A stretch of 61,608 bases of DNA, filler included, from Stramenopiles sp. TOSAG23-3 (GCA_900128585.1; 14 parts of 14 records of this genome joined end to end with filler, not necessarily neighbours in it); one strand, 5' to 3'; numbered from the whole stretch's first letter, positions 20,588-31,957 are shown. The notes: generated by a model not told the origin, from the letters alone. Made by a program: numbers and translations.

Positions 20588-22170
20588 ATGAAGTGCGTCA
20601 GTATAACAAATCAGTTCACGTCAGTAAAACGCTCTGAAGCCGATCTGATAGTTGACTCGAATGTCGATTCCCATTTAAATTTGGAAACTGAGAAACGAGA
20701 TAAAGGGCCTCGGTACGGAGGTTCGGCTATGTTTGACCAATTTACAACCGCACTGGGTACGCTTGAGAGGACGGTTGACGTGCGAAGGACAAGAGACGGC
20801 ACTCTTAAGTGTAACAAGACCAGCAAAGCAATTGAAGAGTTTTTTAAAGACGTTTTTTGTGACCCACACGAAAACTCTGCTCATTTTTTCAGACTTGCTA
20901 GGCGCACATATGAAAAGGATTTGCTGAGTATAAGATGTGATATAAAATCATTAATGAAAAGATGTATCGATCTAGAAGAACAAAACGCGTTGTGGGAAAG
21001 TAGATACAGCGACGCAAAAAGAGATTACAGTGTGTTGAAACATGCGGCCAATAATGCGGTGGGCGGTGAATATGAATATCCACCCCATCTTCCAAGTCGC
21101 AACAAGTTTTTCAGGAGACGGCTTAAAAATCTATTTACATTAAAATCGGGTAGGCCAAAGCGTAATACAAGCCGTAATATTTTTTCTGGTTGCCCTCTTT
21201 ATTTTGCGTGTTTAAATGAATGCATTATGATTAATGTAACAACGTATTGTTTGTTTATCTCGGTATTGCTGAACGTTTATGTGGTTCTAGCAGCGATATT
21301 AAATGAAGAAATGTTTTAGTAGCTACTAAATTAGTCGGGAAGATTATTATTCTCAAACCGTGGACCTGTTTGGGTATAAAACCGTACGGCTGTTTAATTC
21401 GCCGATTTCGCACTCCAATGCCCCACAAATAGATACCTTGCAGGGAACAACCCCTGTGCCGGGCGGGTATAGATTCCCGTTGCACCAAAATGTAGTACAA
21501 GTAAGGGGTTCTTGTTGCATCGAAAAGGTTCGGAAAAACCTCCAATTAAAAAGAAGTTTGAAAGAGGTAAATAAGTGTGTACATTTGGTGAACAATAAAT
21601 TTGCAACCTCGCTGCAAAAAATATTCCGGAAAGAAAGGCATTTCGATCTTTCTGAAAAATGGATTAGAACTACTGAAGGCACCCCGCGAAAAGTGTTCCA
21701 GAATTTATTAAGCAGCACTGGCCAAAATAGTAATAATTTTAATAATACAATGGACTTAAGGAGTTGACAGTCCCTCGTCGGAGGAAGAGTCAACTAGCCC
21801 ATCGTCTTCTCCTGAAGCTCGTAAAGCAGCGTTGGCTGAAATAGACATAGGAGCATTGAGACCCAAACAAGAATTTACAGTCACACATCAACGAAACCAT
21901 GACTCCGATTCGCAGACATTACCATTTAAGAACCCCCTCCCGCTTTGATAGTCCCGGCTACTCAAAAGAAAATATTTAGCGACTGTTCAAGGCCGCAGCC
22001 AATGGCCCCGAGGAGAAGGGGTGGATTTTACAAATGGTAATATGGTCATCAACGAAGGCGCACTGTCTAGTCAACGTGTAGGCTCAGTGGTAACGATGTC
22101 TGAGGGCGAACCGGTCGACTGGGGAGATAATAACATCGTTGCTAAATCACTGCACCCAACTTTGACTTAA
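20588..22170 (+). pseudogene. Degraded or intron-split hypothetical gene (coiled-coil N-terminal part; C-terminal PRGE..TNGN..EPVDWG module)
   Basis: Successive ORF pieces (20588-21319, 21360-21767, about 21781-22170) separated by stops and frameshifts. The 3' part is homologous to 40390-40715. Confidence 0.45.
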
Positions 22171-22351
22171 AATCTAATATGATAACATATATGATATCTT
22201 AGAAGTATCATATGTCTTTTATCATGAGAGTCTTAAAACATACTATATAAATTTGTTTTTTGTCTTTTTATCATAAACTGAATTAGATTTGTTTTTATGT
22301 GTTTTAAGGTGCCACTCAGCAAAACCAACCCCGGAAGGCAACATTTGTAAA

Positions 22352-22993
22352 TCACTTATCTTCAGCATGCTCTGTTCTAAAAAATGTATACGAAAGTGTA
22401 ATCTGTTTAATCCCATCCATCAGTGGATCTTTTAAAAACTTTGGATCTATATAAAAAAATACCGGCATGTCGACTTCCTCATTCGGAAGTAGACACTGTT
22501 CCTCAAAGCAAAAGCACTGAATTTTGTTAAAATAAATACCGGCACGCATCGGCGTCACGTTATACGTTGCAACTCCGGTTATCCGACGATCCGACAAATT
22601 TTCAGCCCGAAAAAAAGCAAGTGTGGTCTCGCCGGGCACCAATGTTACAGTTTGTTGCACAGCACGAAATTTCCAGGGCATTGCATCACTACAATCAGCA
22701 TTAAAACCGACTTTCAGCAGGCGCCCATTTTCTACTGGGGTGAGCATGTCCGTTCTTTTGCTATCAGCTTTTTGAGTCGTCCCGCCAAAACCAGTGGCTT
22801 GACAAAATATTTTATACAGTGGCACAGCAGCATATGCGCCCCCGATTACACCAATAGCGGTTGCCAAACCGTACAAAAGGAAGCGTTGGTTTTCCTGGCT
22901 TCGTGTTTGATGTTGAAACCGAATACTATGCTTTTTTGGGAAACGCTGTATGATCGTGCGCCTCGCACATCTTGAAGCAAGGACTATGAGCAT
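22352..22993 (-). CDS. COX11: Cytochrome c oxidase assembly protein COX11
   Basis: YAAVPLYKIFCQATGFGGT, PGETTLAFF, YFNKIQCFCFEEQ and VDMPVFFYIDP motifs. ATG is at 22993. Confidence 0.96.
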   Translation of the reverse strand: MLIVLASRCARRTIIQRFPKKHSIRFQHQTRSQENQRFLLYGLATAIGVIGGAYAAVPLYKIFCQATGFGGTTQKADSKRTDMLTPVENGRLLKVGFNADCSDAMPWKFRAVQQTVTLVPGETTLAFFRAENLSDRRITGVATYNVTPMRAGIYFNKIQCFCFEEQCLLPNEEVDMPVFFYIDPKFLKDPLMDGIKQITLSYTFFRTEHAEDK

Positions 22994-23169
22994 TGAAACC
23001 ACTAAAATTAGGCAAACCGGTAGGCGTTGTACACAATGTCTCAGCAACTGTTTCTCGGGGTAAGTGGATTATAACAGTCATTGCTACCCGTGCGCACTGA
23101 TAACACACTTTGAGTTTCACTCCGAATTTACATAGAACAAAACAAATTATAAATATGTCTACATACTTC

Positions 23170-23894
23170 AGAGTAGAAGTCATTAAAATCGGAAAGTGAT
23201 GAATGAAGAAAAAAAAACTCAACATCGCGTTTTTCTTCCTTTTTTTGTTATTTTGCCTGCTATTTACCTTGTGCAACTTTGTGTTTAACTTTTTCGAGTT
23301 GAATTAATATATCTACACTACTAATATATCAAAGTGTTTCCCGTAAAAACGTCACTTTCGATGATAGCTTAAGAAATAATACAAGTACATGTTGCCTATA
23401 TAAAGGGTTTCTCACATTCCCCCTAAAAATTGTTGATTATTGAATTGAAGGATGCTATTATTAGCTGATGTTTTTTTGAGATTTTATTTTCGAATTGAAT
23501 TTCCTATCTTATTTATGTACTTGTAAATCACTCTACACTACTAATATATGAAATAATACAAGTACACATTGCCTATATAACGGAAATAATGGTTCATATA
23601 AAAAATCAACAATTTTTAGAAAAAACCGTGAGAAATACGTTATATAGGTAATGTTCACTTGTATTATCTCTTAAAATATAACGGAAAGTGACGTTTTTAC
23701 GGGAAACACTTTGATATATTATTAGTGTAGAGGCATTCACAAGTACGTAAATAAGATAGGAAATTCAACTCGAAAAAGTTAAACACAAAGTTGCACAAGG
23801 TAAATAGCAGGCAAACTAACTAAAAAAGGAAGAAAAACGACATGTTGAGTTTTTTTTTTCCCCTTCACTTTCCGATTTAAATGACTTCTACTCT
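23170..23894. mobile_element. Foldback-type element with ~275-300-bp inverted arms
   Basis: 23170-23445 is the near reverse complement of about 23593-23894 (for example tgcctgctatttaccttgtgcaactttgtgtttaactttttcgagttgaatt). The spacer contains a further partial copy. Confidence 0.8.
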
Positions 23895-24666
23895 TGCCAC
23901 TGTGCTTTCCCTTATTAGGGTAGCTTTTTTTGTCTTATTGGGGTAGCTTGTCTACCTGGGGCCAACGATATATGCCTGTATAGAAATAATTTCTGTTTGT
24001 GTATTTTTCTTATTGGGGTGCAGTATTGGGCGTTCTACGCTGTTTAAAAAGAAAACAGAAGCGTCACGTGTTCCCCATGGGTCATAGAAAGTTACATGCC
24101 AAAGCTCAAAGAAAAATCTTAAGCTGTTTCTGAGAATTTTGAACTTTTCTGTTGTTTTGAAACTGCCGTTTACAGAGATCTGACGTCGGTTGGGGTGCTG
24201 TTGAGCACAATATCAGAGTGGCGNNNNNNNNNNNNNNNNNNNNNNNNNNNNNNNNNNNNNNNNNNNNTTAATTAATTAANNNNNNNNNNNNNNNNNNNNN
24301 NNNNNNNNNNNNNNNNNNNNNNNGTACTGAATTTTTGTAATTTTTAAGGGAAAAACATAAAATTTTGAAGGAGAAAAAAGTGGCCCCAAAAAGCGGGCCA
24401 TATGTAAATAGCTCTTTTTTTTTTATTATTATTTGATGCCCACATTTTGCATGTGTGAAGGAAGGGGAATACTAATTTTGTTATACATTCTCTTCAGAAA
24501 CAAACGAGAAAAAGAAAGGAATGGGTTCAAATTTGAAACGGAGACGTCTGCTTCATCCAGAGAATTATATATTTACGCACTAGAGCTTAAATGTGCTGTA
24601 GGAAGAAAACATCTTTAAGTAATTTTAGCCGAAGCAGAAGCTAAAACGTTACCGGCTACAGAATTT

Positions 24667-26982
24667 ATGTCGACGAGTGATGAAGTTGCGATTGTCTTAC
24701 CTCACCACACCTCGTTCGAGGCGTCGTTTTTGGTTCGTGTGCAGAGCTTGAGCAGTGTCCGCGGTTTTCCGTGCGTAGAGGACCTGTCTCGTTCGGGAAA
24801 TTTGTGTTTGTTGGTGTTGGAAGATACCCGAATCGTCTTTGTGGACCCAGTAGACGGGGGGTTCGTCTTTGTAATAGATAGCCAGTACGGCGATACGGTC
24901 AGTGTCTACGACAACAGTTTTGGCAGAACGTTGTACATATCAAGGGAAGGCCCAAGCACGGGCGAACAGTTTGAAAATAGACCCAACGCGTGCACGTTCT
25001 ACGCAGAGTTTTTAAAAGACCGCGACGTGCTAGTAAAAGCGCTTGTGAGCTGGAAAAAGACGAGCGTAGTGAGCGTGTACAATTTAGAAACAGGGGGAAG
25101 CGTTCAGTCGCAAGACTTGTACGTGATTGATTTTACAAGGGGCCCAATCGTTCTGTCGAACGACCGAGGCCGTCCTCATCATCGGTTTCAGCAAGTGCCA
25201 ACGTCCCTGGTCTTTCACTTGTCCAACGCCTCCCTTGCTACGGTGTGGGAGGGGTATTCGGAAGAGGTAGCGTTCTCGTTTTTATACGAGGACATTGTCA
25301 ACATAGAATTCTTAGAGGACTCGCAAGAAGGCGGGGTTGTAGTTATCAACTTGTGCAGCGACCACCAGCTGCACTTGTTTTTTGACTCGAACAGCATCCA
25401 GCACGTGTCGGCCCTGCTTCGGGGGTACATGGCGTATCATTTGGTGCACACCGGGCTGGTGCCGGCAGCATTCGAGCAGACGGGGGGGAACGGGCTCTTC
25501 GGTGGCAGTGCCGAGGAGGGCGGAAGAAGCGGGGCATTATTTGGCGACCCGTTCGAGGCTGAGGAGGGCGAACAAAGGGGGGGCACAGTTCACGACAGAA
25601 AGCTTCGTCCGCGGGTCGTAGGGTTTAACACGCCAGGCCGCGTTCCCGTCGATCGCAGCAGGTACGAATCGTACCAGGTAAACGTTGGTGGCCGGAAAGT
25701 GCCCGACGCCAGCAGCAAGAAGGACCAAGAGGACGACGTTCTCGCATTTTCCCCAGTTAGGTACGCAAAGAAGAAGCAGATTCCATTGCTAAAGAGCGAA
25801 GAGGTGCTCCATGTTTTGCTGCACGGCGCATCGAGGCTGAAGCAGCGCCAAAGAATTGGGGAGCCTCACATGTACTGCACGGTCGAGATGAACGGCGCGC
25901 CCCTTGGCAAAACGTCAATCGTTCGCGGGTTCTCTGCGCCCCGATGGAACCAGAGTTTTGAGATCGCGACAACGGAGGAGCCTTTCACCCTCCGGTTTGA
26001 GATTTTTGATTGGGACAAGTTCGGCACCGATGGGTTCCACGGGCAGGTGGAAGTGACACGGGAGGACATTGGCAACTGCATTGGCCAGCACAATCTGCCG
26101 TTTAAACTAGTTCCAAAAGTAGGGGAAGAGCACAAGTATAATGAAAACGTAGGCGGGCGCATGTTTCTAGGCTTCACCGTCACAAGAGATGTCAACAAAG
26201 TACCAGAGTCGACGGAGGGGGAGGAGGACGTCGAGGACAAGGGTACACCACGAGAGGAACGGCACGGCGACCCAAAGCCTGCGGCAGCTCTGTCCGCTAC
26301 ACCCACCGACACTGCTCTAGCCGTGTTCGATGCATCTGGTCGGCGGTCGCAGTCTGCTGCATCGCGACGAGTGCGCCAGAGTCGCGCGACCAGGCCCCCT
26401 GAGGCGGATAGTGTGGACGAAGACGCTGACTCTTTGTCGGCTGAACAGGTCAGCGCTGGACAGTCCTCGGCCCTTGCGAGCGACCGCTTCGATCGCTTGC
26501 AAGCATCTGCTGCTTCTCAAAGGTTTTCCCGTCACTTTACACGCGACCTGAAAGATGGCAAAGCCGTGACAATGGGACCACTCGAGAGTGTGCAACGGAA
26601 CACGCCAAAAACGGGAAACGGGTTGAACGAGAAGGCCGATGATGTGGATGAAGACTTTGACTCTTCGTCGGCTGAACGGGCAGGCGCCGAAGAGTCCACG
26701 GACCTTGCGGACGAACGGTCCGATCGCTTGCAAGCCTCTGCTGCTTCCCAGAGGTTTGCCCGTCACTTTAAACGCGGACCGGAAGATGGCAGGGCCAACA
26801 CCATGGGCTCAACACGGGTTGCAAATCAGGTCGCACAAAAAGGAAAGTCGGCATCGGGCCAGGAAGAAGTGGGCGGGGAGCGGGCGGAAGCAAGTGAAAC
26901 TCCCAAGCCTGCGAAGAAGAGAGGGTTTAAAGCTGGCAGGTTTTTGTCCAAAATACTGCGGGCTGCGAAAAGTCAGAATTGA
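24667..26982 (+). CDS. C2-domain protein with a possible PH/FERM-C-like N-terminal part and a duplicated C-terminal motif
   Basis: C2 signature LHVLLHGASRL...YCTVEM..KTSIV...PRWNQSF...LRFEIFDWDKFGTDGFHGQVEV. DRLQASAASQRFxRHF occurs twice. Confidence 0.8.
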   Translation: MSTSDEVAIVLPHHTSFEASFLVRVQSLSSVRGFPCVEDLSRSGNLCLLVLEDTRIVFVDPVDGGFVFVIDSQYGDTVSVYDNSFGRTLYISREGPSTGEQFENRPNACTFYAEFLKDRDVLVKALVSWKKTSVVSVYNLETGGSVQSQDLYVIDFTRGPIVLSNDRGRPHHRFQQVPTSLVFHLSNASLATVWEGYSEEVAFSFLYEDIVNIEFLEDSQEGGVVVINLCSDHQLHLFFDSNSIQHVSALLRGYMAYHLVHTGLVPAAFEQTGGNGLFGGSAEEGGRSGALFGDPFEAEEGEQRGGTVHDRKLRPRVVGFNTPGRVPVDRSRYESYQVNVGGRKVPDASSKKDQEDDVLAFSPVRYAKKKQIPLLKSEEVLHVLLHGASRLKQRQRIGEPHMYCTVEMNGAPLGKTSIVRGFSAPRWNQSFEIATTEEPFTLRFEIFDWDKFGTDGFHGQVEVTREDIGNCIGQHNLPFKLVPKVGEEHKYNENVGGRMFLGFTVTRDVNKVPESTEGEEDVEDKGTPREERHGDPKPAAALSATPTDTALAVFDASGRRSQSAASRRVRQSRATRPPEADSVDEDADSLSAEQVSAGQSSALASDRFDRLQASAASQRFSRHFTRDLKDGKAVTMGPLESVQRNTPKTGNGLNEKADDVDEDFDSSSAERAGAEESTDLADERSDRLQASAASQRFARHFKRGPEDGRANTMGSTRVANQVAQKGKSASGQEEVGGERAEASETPKPAKKRGFKAGRFLSKILRAAKSQN

Positions 26983-27341
26983 CCATTTGTTGAGCAAGTG
27001 GTAAGAGAGCGTAGAACTGTAGAAAGAACTTGGTTAAATGTCGTCTTCATTATTTACATAACAATAAATGTTACTCAGCTAAAGAGATACGCTCATGAAT
27101 TACCGATAGCGATCGCACGTGGCATTGAACTACCATCATCTTAAAATGTGATATATAATTCTTACGAGATTCACCAGGAATTCTGAACTTATTATACATC
27201 GTGTTTTTTTATATGATACATCGCGGTATACGAGGAAGCCATCAAAACGTAAATTTTAATTATCATATAAATAACAGCCAATTTTATAAATCACTTTCCA
27301 AATATTTAATAAACTTTTAATGTACATGTGCCCCTTCCCCC

Positions 27342-29473
27342 CTACAAAGCGTGGTCCTGTTTGCCGCAGCGATAAACTTGCTGCAACTCGTACACGGCTA
27401 CGTACTCTTCGCCCTCGTACTGAATAGAGTCAATCTCCATTTCGGCGTACGAGTATTGCTCTGCGGAGGTGCTCTTTATAAAGTGAACGTGGTTGAAATG
27501 CATGATTGGCTCGCTGGAGATGGCGTCCGTTTCGAATGTTGCAGTAAACCTGATTGCGTCGATGCCGTTCTTAAAGCAGTGGACGATTGTCACTTTCGCT
27601 CGCTCCGTCCCGGGCTGCTCTATCACGGCCGTGTAGGTTCCCCCAAAATGCGGACTTTGCATCATCCCAAACATTGGGGCGTCCTGCTTCGGCCACTGCC
27701 GAACCTTTCCGTCGCACTTCAAGTTCATCGAGGACGACAGCCCGAGCCGAGCTTTGTGGATAATCGTGATCACCCCCAGCTGCGCTTTGTCCCACGACAA
27801 AATGACCTGCAGGTTTCGAAAAAAGAACTGTACAATTTTCCGAGCGAGCCAAGGGACTTTCAGACTGCGCATTATGTCGTTCGGGCTGCCAGAGGTGTTT
27901 TCTGGGGGCTCGTACCGTTTGTTGACCCACATGGCCCATTCTCGGAACCCTGGCGGGGCCCCGGCAAAGTCGTCGGTCACCGACGAGGCTTTGGCGGGGC
28001 TGTTCGCGGCCACCGCCTGCGGGGTGGTGTCCTGAGGAGCAACCTGGCTCAATATCCAGAGCCCCAGGTCGGCCCGTGGGATCGTTTCCGCGTCGTTGAC
28101 TATGCTCGCCTTGGTGGCCGCGAGCTGCATGACGTGGCCGATCGAGGACCCTTTTCGTACCAGAAAGTCATCGATGACGCCCTCTATCACGGTGAGCAGC
28201 TTCTCGTAGATCGTGTCCATTTGACTCATGTGCTCGATGTCGTTTCGGTGTTGGCGCAGGAACAGGGATATTGCCGCGGTCATCTCTTCGTTCTCGACCA
28301 AAAAGTTGGCCAGGTCGTGCAGCACCGGCCCAAGCTCGTGGTCCTCCCGCTGGTCCACCGTCCCGCCGTTGCCCCCCCCCCCTCCGGGTTGAAGTTCGCA
28401 AATGGCGACGACTCGACCAGCTCGGTCTTGATCAGGCCCTGGAGCCACCCCTCGGCGCTCGACACCCTGGCCTGGTCGACCCCCTCCTCGCTCGACATTG
28501 CCTTGTCTTCTGGGATCGTGTTCACTGCTGCAAGCAGCCTTTGCAACGCTTTGTGCCGGGCGCTGAGGGCCCCGCTCTGCCGGCTCAGGGGGACCCACGG
28601 CTCGGCGCTGTCGAAGAGGCTCGGCTTGTCCAGGATCGACTTGAGCAGGGCTTTCTCGACGCCCCGGTCCGCGCCTGCGCCTGCGCCTGCGCCCTCCTCC
28701 CTGGCCTTTCTGTTTTTGCTGAGCTTCAGCCGCTTGCTCGCCCGCTCCTCCCGTAGCCGGACCCCAGCGGCTATCTCCTCCTCGGTGACGGCCAGGTGCT
28801 GGGCCGCCGGCTGGTGCCCGGTCCGCGCCCGCTTGCTGCTCGCAAGCGAGAACGGCGTCGTTTCCGTCTTGGCGACGTAGAACATCCGCCCGCCGCGCTT
28901 CTTCGGCGGGAGCATCAGGTACAGGTACAGCCGGTGCTTTTGGTTCTTCGTGTGCTTGCTGGACCTCCAGCCGTAGTGCCAGCTGGTTGGCTTGAGGACG
29001 AACGTGGTCTCGTGTTGCCGTTCGGCCCCCGCGACCGTCGCGACGGAGGCCCCCACCCGCGTGGCCCCGAAGAACTCTTTCAAGGGGAATTTCCGGGACC
29101 GGGTCCTGGAGACCAGCTGTTGCTTGACGATCTTCCCATTGGGCTTTAACGTCAGGGAGTCGTCACTGGGCAAGTCGTCGTCTTCAACGGAAAAGCGCGC
29201 GACGATCATGGCACTTTCTGGGAGGGGGTCCTTCGACCGGGCAATTACGTTCACCTGGTGGCCGCAAAAGCCGGACGGGTTGTGCCCACTCGGCAAGCAC
29301 TCTGGGAAGCAGCGGAGGTTCTTCAGGCCGCCCCGCTTGTTGTTCCGCAAATACTGGTCCCTGCAGAGGGAGAGCAGCTCGAGGCTGCAGTCCTCCCCAT
29401 ACCCGTTCGACCGTCGCGGTTTCGGGGCCTTCTTCGTCGGGGGGGCTGGTGCCTCGGACGCAATCGACGCCAT
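27342..29473 (-). CDS. Uncharacterised ~710-aa protein split by a one-base frameshift in a G11 run (28372-28382)
   Basis: ORF 28280-29473 (YLRNNKRGGLKNLRCFPEC..H...GFCG; WHYGWRSSKH) joins ORF 27342-28598 (BART-like helices ISLFLRQH...YEKLLTVIEGVIDDFL) if one G is added. Confidence 0.7.
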
Positions 29474-29939
29474 GGCAACGGAAGGAAAGGAGAAGAAAAA
29501 AGGCCGCCCGTCCGTCCGTCCGTCTGTCGTTCGAGACCCGTCAGTCCAACACTTCTTCTTTCTGTTAATAAAGATACTATCAGAAAGAAATATAATAATA
29601 CCTATCTGTATAGTTCTGTGAATCCCTCTTTCTTTTTATCCTTTCACCTTCCTTCCTTCCTTCCCTCTACTCTTTCTTTTCTCTTCCACGATATAGAAGA
29701 TATACAAAAAATGATAAAAAAGTAATTCCATTCGTTTCACTTGTGATAATTATCTTACTCCTTTTTCTTCTTCTCCTTCTTCCTCTCCTCATCACACACC
29801 ACAGTTGTCATCATTGTTGTTGATATTATTTTTTTTTATTGTTTACGGTTTACGGACGTTGGTTGTGTTGGGTGTAATGGATATGGGATTTGGGTTGTCT
29901 CGTTTGTCTCTAAAAAGCTAAAAAGTATTCAGTTATAAA

Positions 29940-30090
29940 ATATAAATCATCTTTTATATAGGCAATAGCAAGAAAGTAGCAAAAAATAAAATAACATAAG
30001 ATTAGCATATAAATCATCTTTTATAGGCAATAACAAGAAAGTAGCAAAAAAATAAAATATAAATAAGATATAAATAACATAGGATTAGCA
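29940..30090 (+). repeat. ~67-bp AT-rich tandem duplication
   Basis: atataaatcatctttta(ta)taggcaata(g/a)caagaaagtagcaaaaaataaaata occurs twice. Confidence 0.85.
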
Positions 30091-30388
30091 TAGGATTAAC
30101 ATATAGGAATGAAGAATTAGAAGAAGGAGATTCTTCTTTTTAGTTATAATTTAATTTCAGTATTCTATTTTCCAATAATATCCTATCATTTGTAATTTGT
30201 TAATAAATGAGAAGACTTCTTTTTCATTCAAAAAAGAAAAGAAAAAAGAAAAGAATTTGCTTCAATTTCATTTAAATGGATGCTATGTTGATGTTATTAT
30301 TATAAGAAAGAAAGAAAGAAATAGTATTTTTTTATCTTTTTTTAAATTAAAAGATAGATTCCTCCACTATTGCGTCCAGAGAATCTCG

Positions 30389-30418
30389 TTATTACGTCCA
30401 GGCGCCTGGACGTAATAA
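30389..30418. repeat. Perfect 30-bp palindrome
   Basis: ttattacgtccaggcgcctggacgtaataa is its own reverse complement. Confidence 0.9.
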
Positions 30419-30576
30419 GAGAAATTTCCAGTTATTCTAGCATGGACACAGCGTTAGAGAACTCGTAAAACTGANNNNNNNNNNNNNNNNNNNNNNNNNN
30501 NNNNNNNNNNNNNNNNNNTTAATTAATTAANNNNNNNNNNNNNNNNNNNNNNNNNNNNNNNNNNNNNNNNNNNNTT

Positions 30577-31068
30577 CGGGGGTTTCCGGACAACGAGAAG
30601 GTGCTGGAGATGAATTTGGTTGCGCTTGGAAATCTGGCAGCAAACGATGACAACCAAGTGAAAATTGCCGCAGCCGGAGGCATCGAAGTTGCCATTGAAG
30701 CGTTGAAACGGCACCCAGGGGTGGCAGTAGTTCAGGAGAATGGGTGTGGCATGCTTGGAAATGTGAGCTATGGGAGTTCAGCAAACGCCGACAACGTCGT
30801 GAAAATCGCCGAAGCCGGAGGCATCGAGGTGGTAATCGAAGCGTTGAAACGGCACCAAGGGAATGAAGGAGTTCAGGAATTTGGGTTTCATATGCTAAGA
30901 TGTATGCTCAGAGCCGCTCATTATATCCATAAAAAAAAACTCGTGGAACAACTTGAGTCTATTCAATCTGATTTAGGTCCTACAAACCGTAAATTAGTGA
31001 ACCAATTGTACCTCCTATTACTCTGTACCAGTACGGAGAACGTACCTCCGGAAGAACAAGTATGGTAA
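30577..31068 (+). CDS. Armadillo-like repeat protein, 5'-partial
   Basis: LGNLAANDDNQVKIAAAGGIEVAIEALKRHPGVAVVQENGCGML-type repeats. Confidence 0.75.
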   Translation, partial: RGFPDNEKVLEMNLVALGNLAANDDNQVKIAAAGGIEVAIEALKRHPGVAVVQENGCGMLGNVSYGSSANADNVVKIAEAGGIEVVIEALKRHQGNEGVQEFGFHMLRCMLRAAHYIHKKKLVEQLESIQSDLGPTNRKLVNQLYLLLLCTSTENVPPEEQVW

Positions 31069-31073
31069 TTAAA

Positions 31074-31235
31074 CCCAGGGAACGAAGGAGTTCAGACCAG
31101 GGGTGTGCCATGCTTGGATGTCTGGCAGCAAACAACCCTAACAACAAAGTGAAAATTGCTGAAAAGGGTGGAATTGAAGTTGCCATTGAAGCGTTGAAAC
31201 GGCACCCAGGGGTGGCAGTTCTGGCATCAGGAAAC
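31074..31235 (+). pseudogene. Orphan frameshifted ARM repeat downstream of the stop codon
   Basis: PGNEGVQ/(D)QGCAMLGCLAANNPNNKVKIAEKGGIEVAIEALKRHPGVAV with a 1-bp deletion near 31096. Confidence 0.65.
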
Positions 31236-31957
31236 AATATTCCTTCCTCCTTCTTTTTTTTTAAATTTTAATTTGAGTTTGTTTCTTCTTCCGTTTCTGA
31301 TTAAATTACTACTTGTGAAAAAAGAAAGAAGAGTATTATATAGACACTATTATATAATAAGAAAGTAAAAAAAAAGATTGAAGAAAAGAAGAAGGATCAT
31401 CAGACAGACAACAACAAAAAACAAAAACAAAAAAAAACAAAAAACAAATTGAATCAATGAACAACGCAAATAAACGACAACGACGACGTCACCTTCAACA
31501 CCACCTTCAAATAAGGGTAATCAATACAACTAGATCACAACGAAATACAATAGTCAATATTATAATAACTATATTCTTCGATTTTTATAAGATATATCAA
31601 ATAAATGATATTTATGTATCCTTAAATTGAAGTCATCACGCTTTACCTTTTTCTTCTTCTATTATCTTTTTCTTTTTTCTTCTTCTTCTTCCTCCTCCTC
31701 TCTGCCCCTTCTTCTTCTTCTTTGTTGTGTTGTACTTGGTACTACTACTACAGACTCAGGCTTCGTTTGTCTCTGTGTTCTTATTCTTATTTGCCTGGGT
31801 ACCTGGGTATATATATATTATTTATGAAAGAAAACGAACTAAATAGCGGAAAGAAATGTTAAATCAAGTTAATTCCGTCTTATTCAAAGGTTTACACACT
31901 TGTCTTCTCGAAATAATTGTTTTCCAAAGAATACGAGCGTTGACGACGACTACAACG

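Noticed and set aside
27351-28880. 509-aa plus-strand ORF (and similar long antisense ORFs at 9514-10179, 16083-17549 and 44308-45281)
   Set aside because: These are shadow ORFs opposite GC-rich genuine genes and carry no recognisable motifs.
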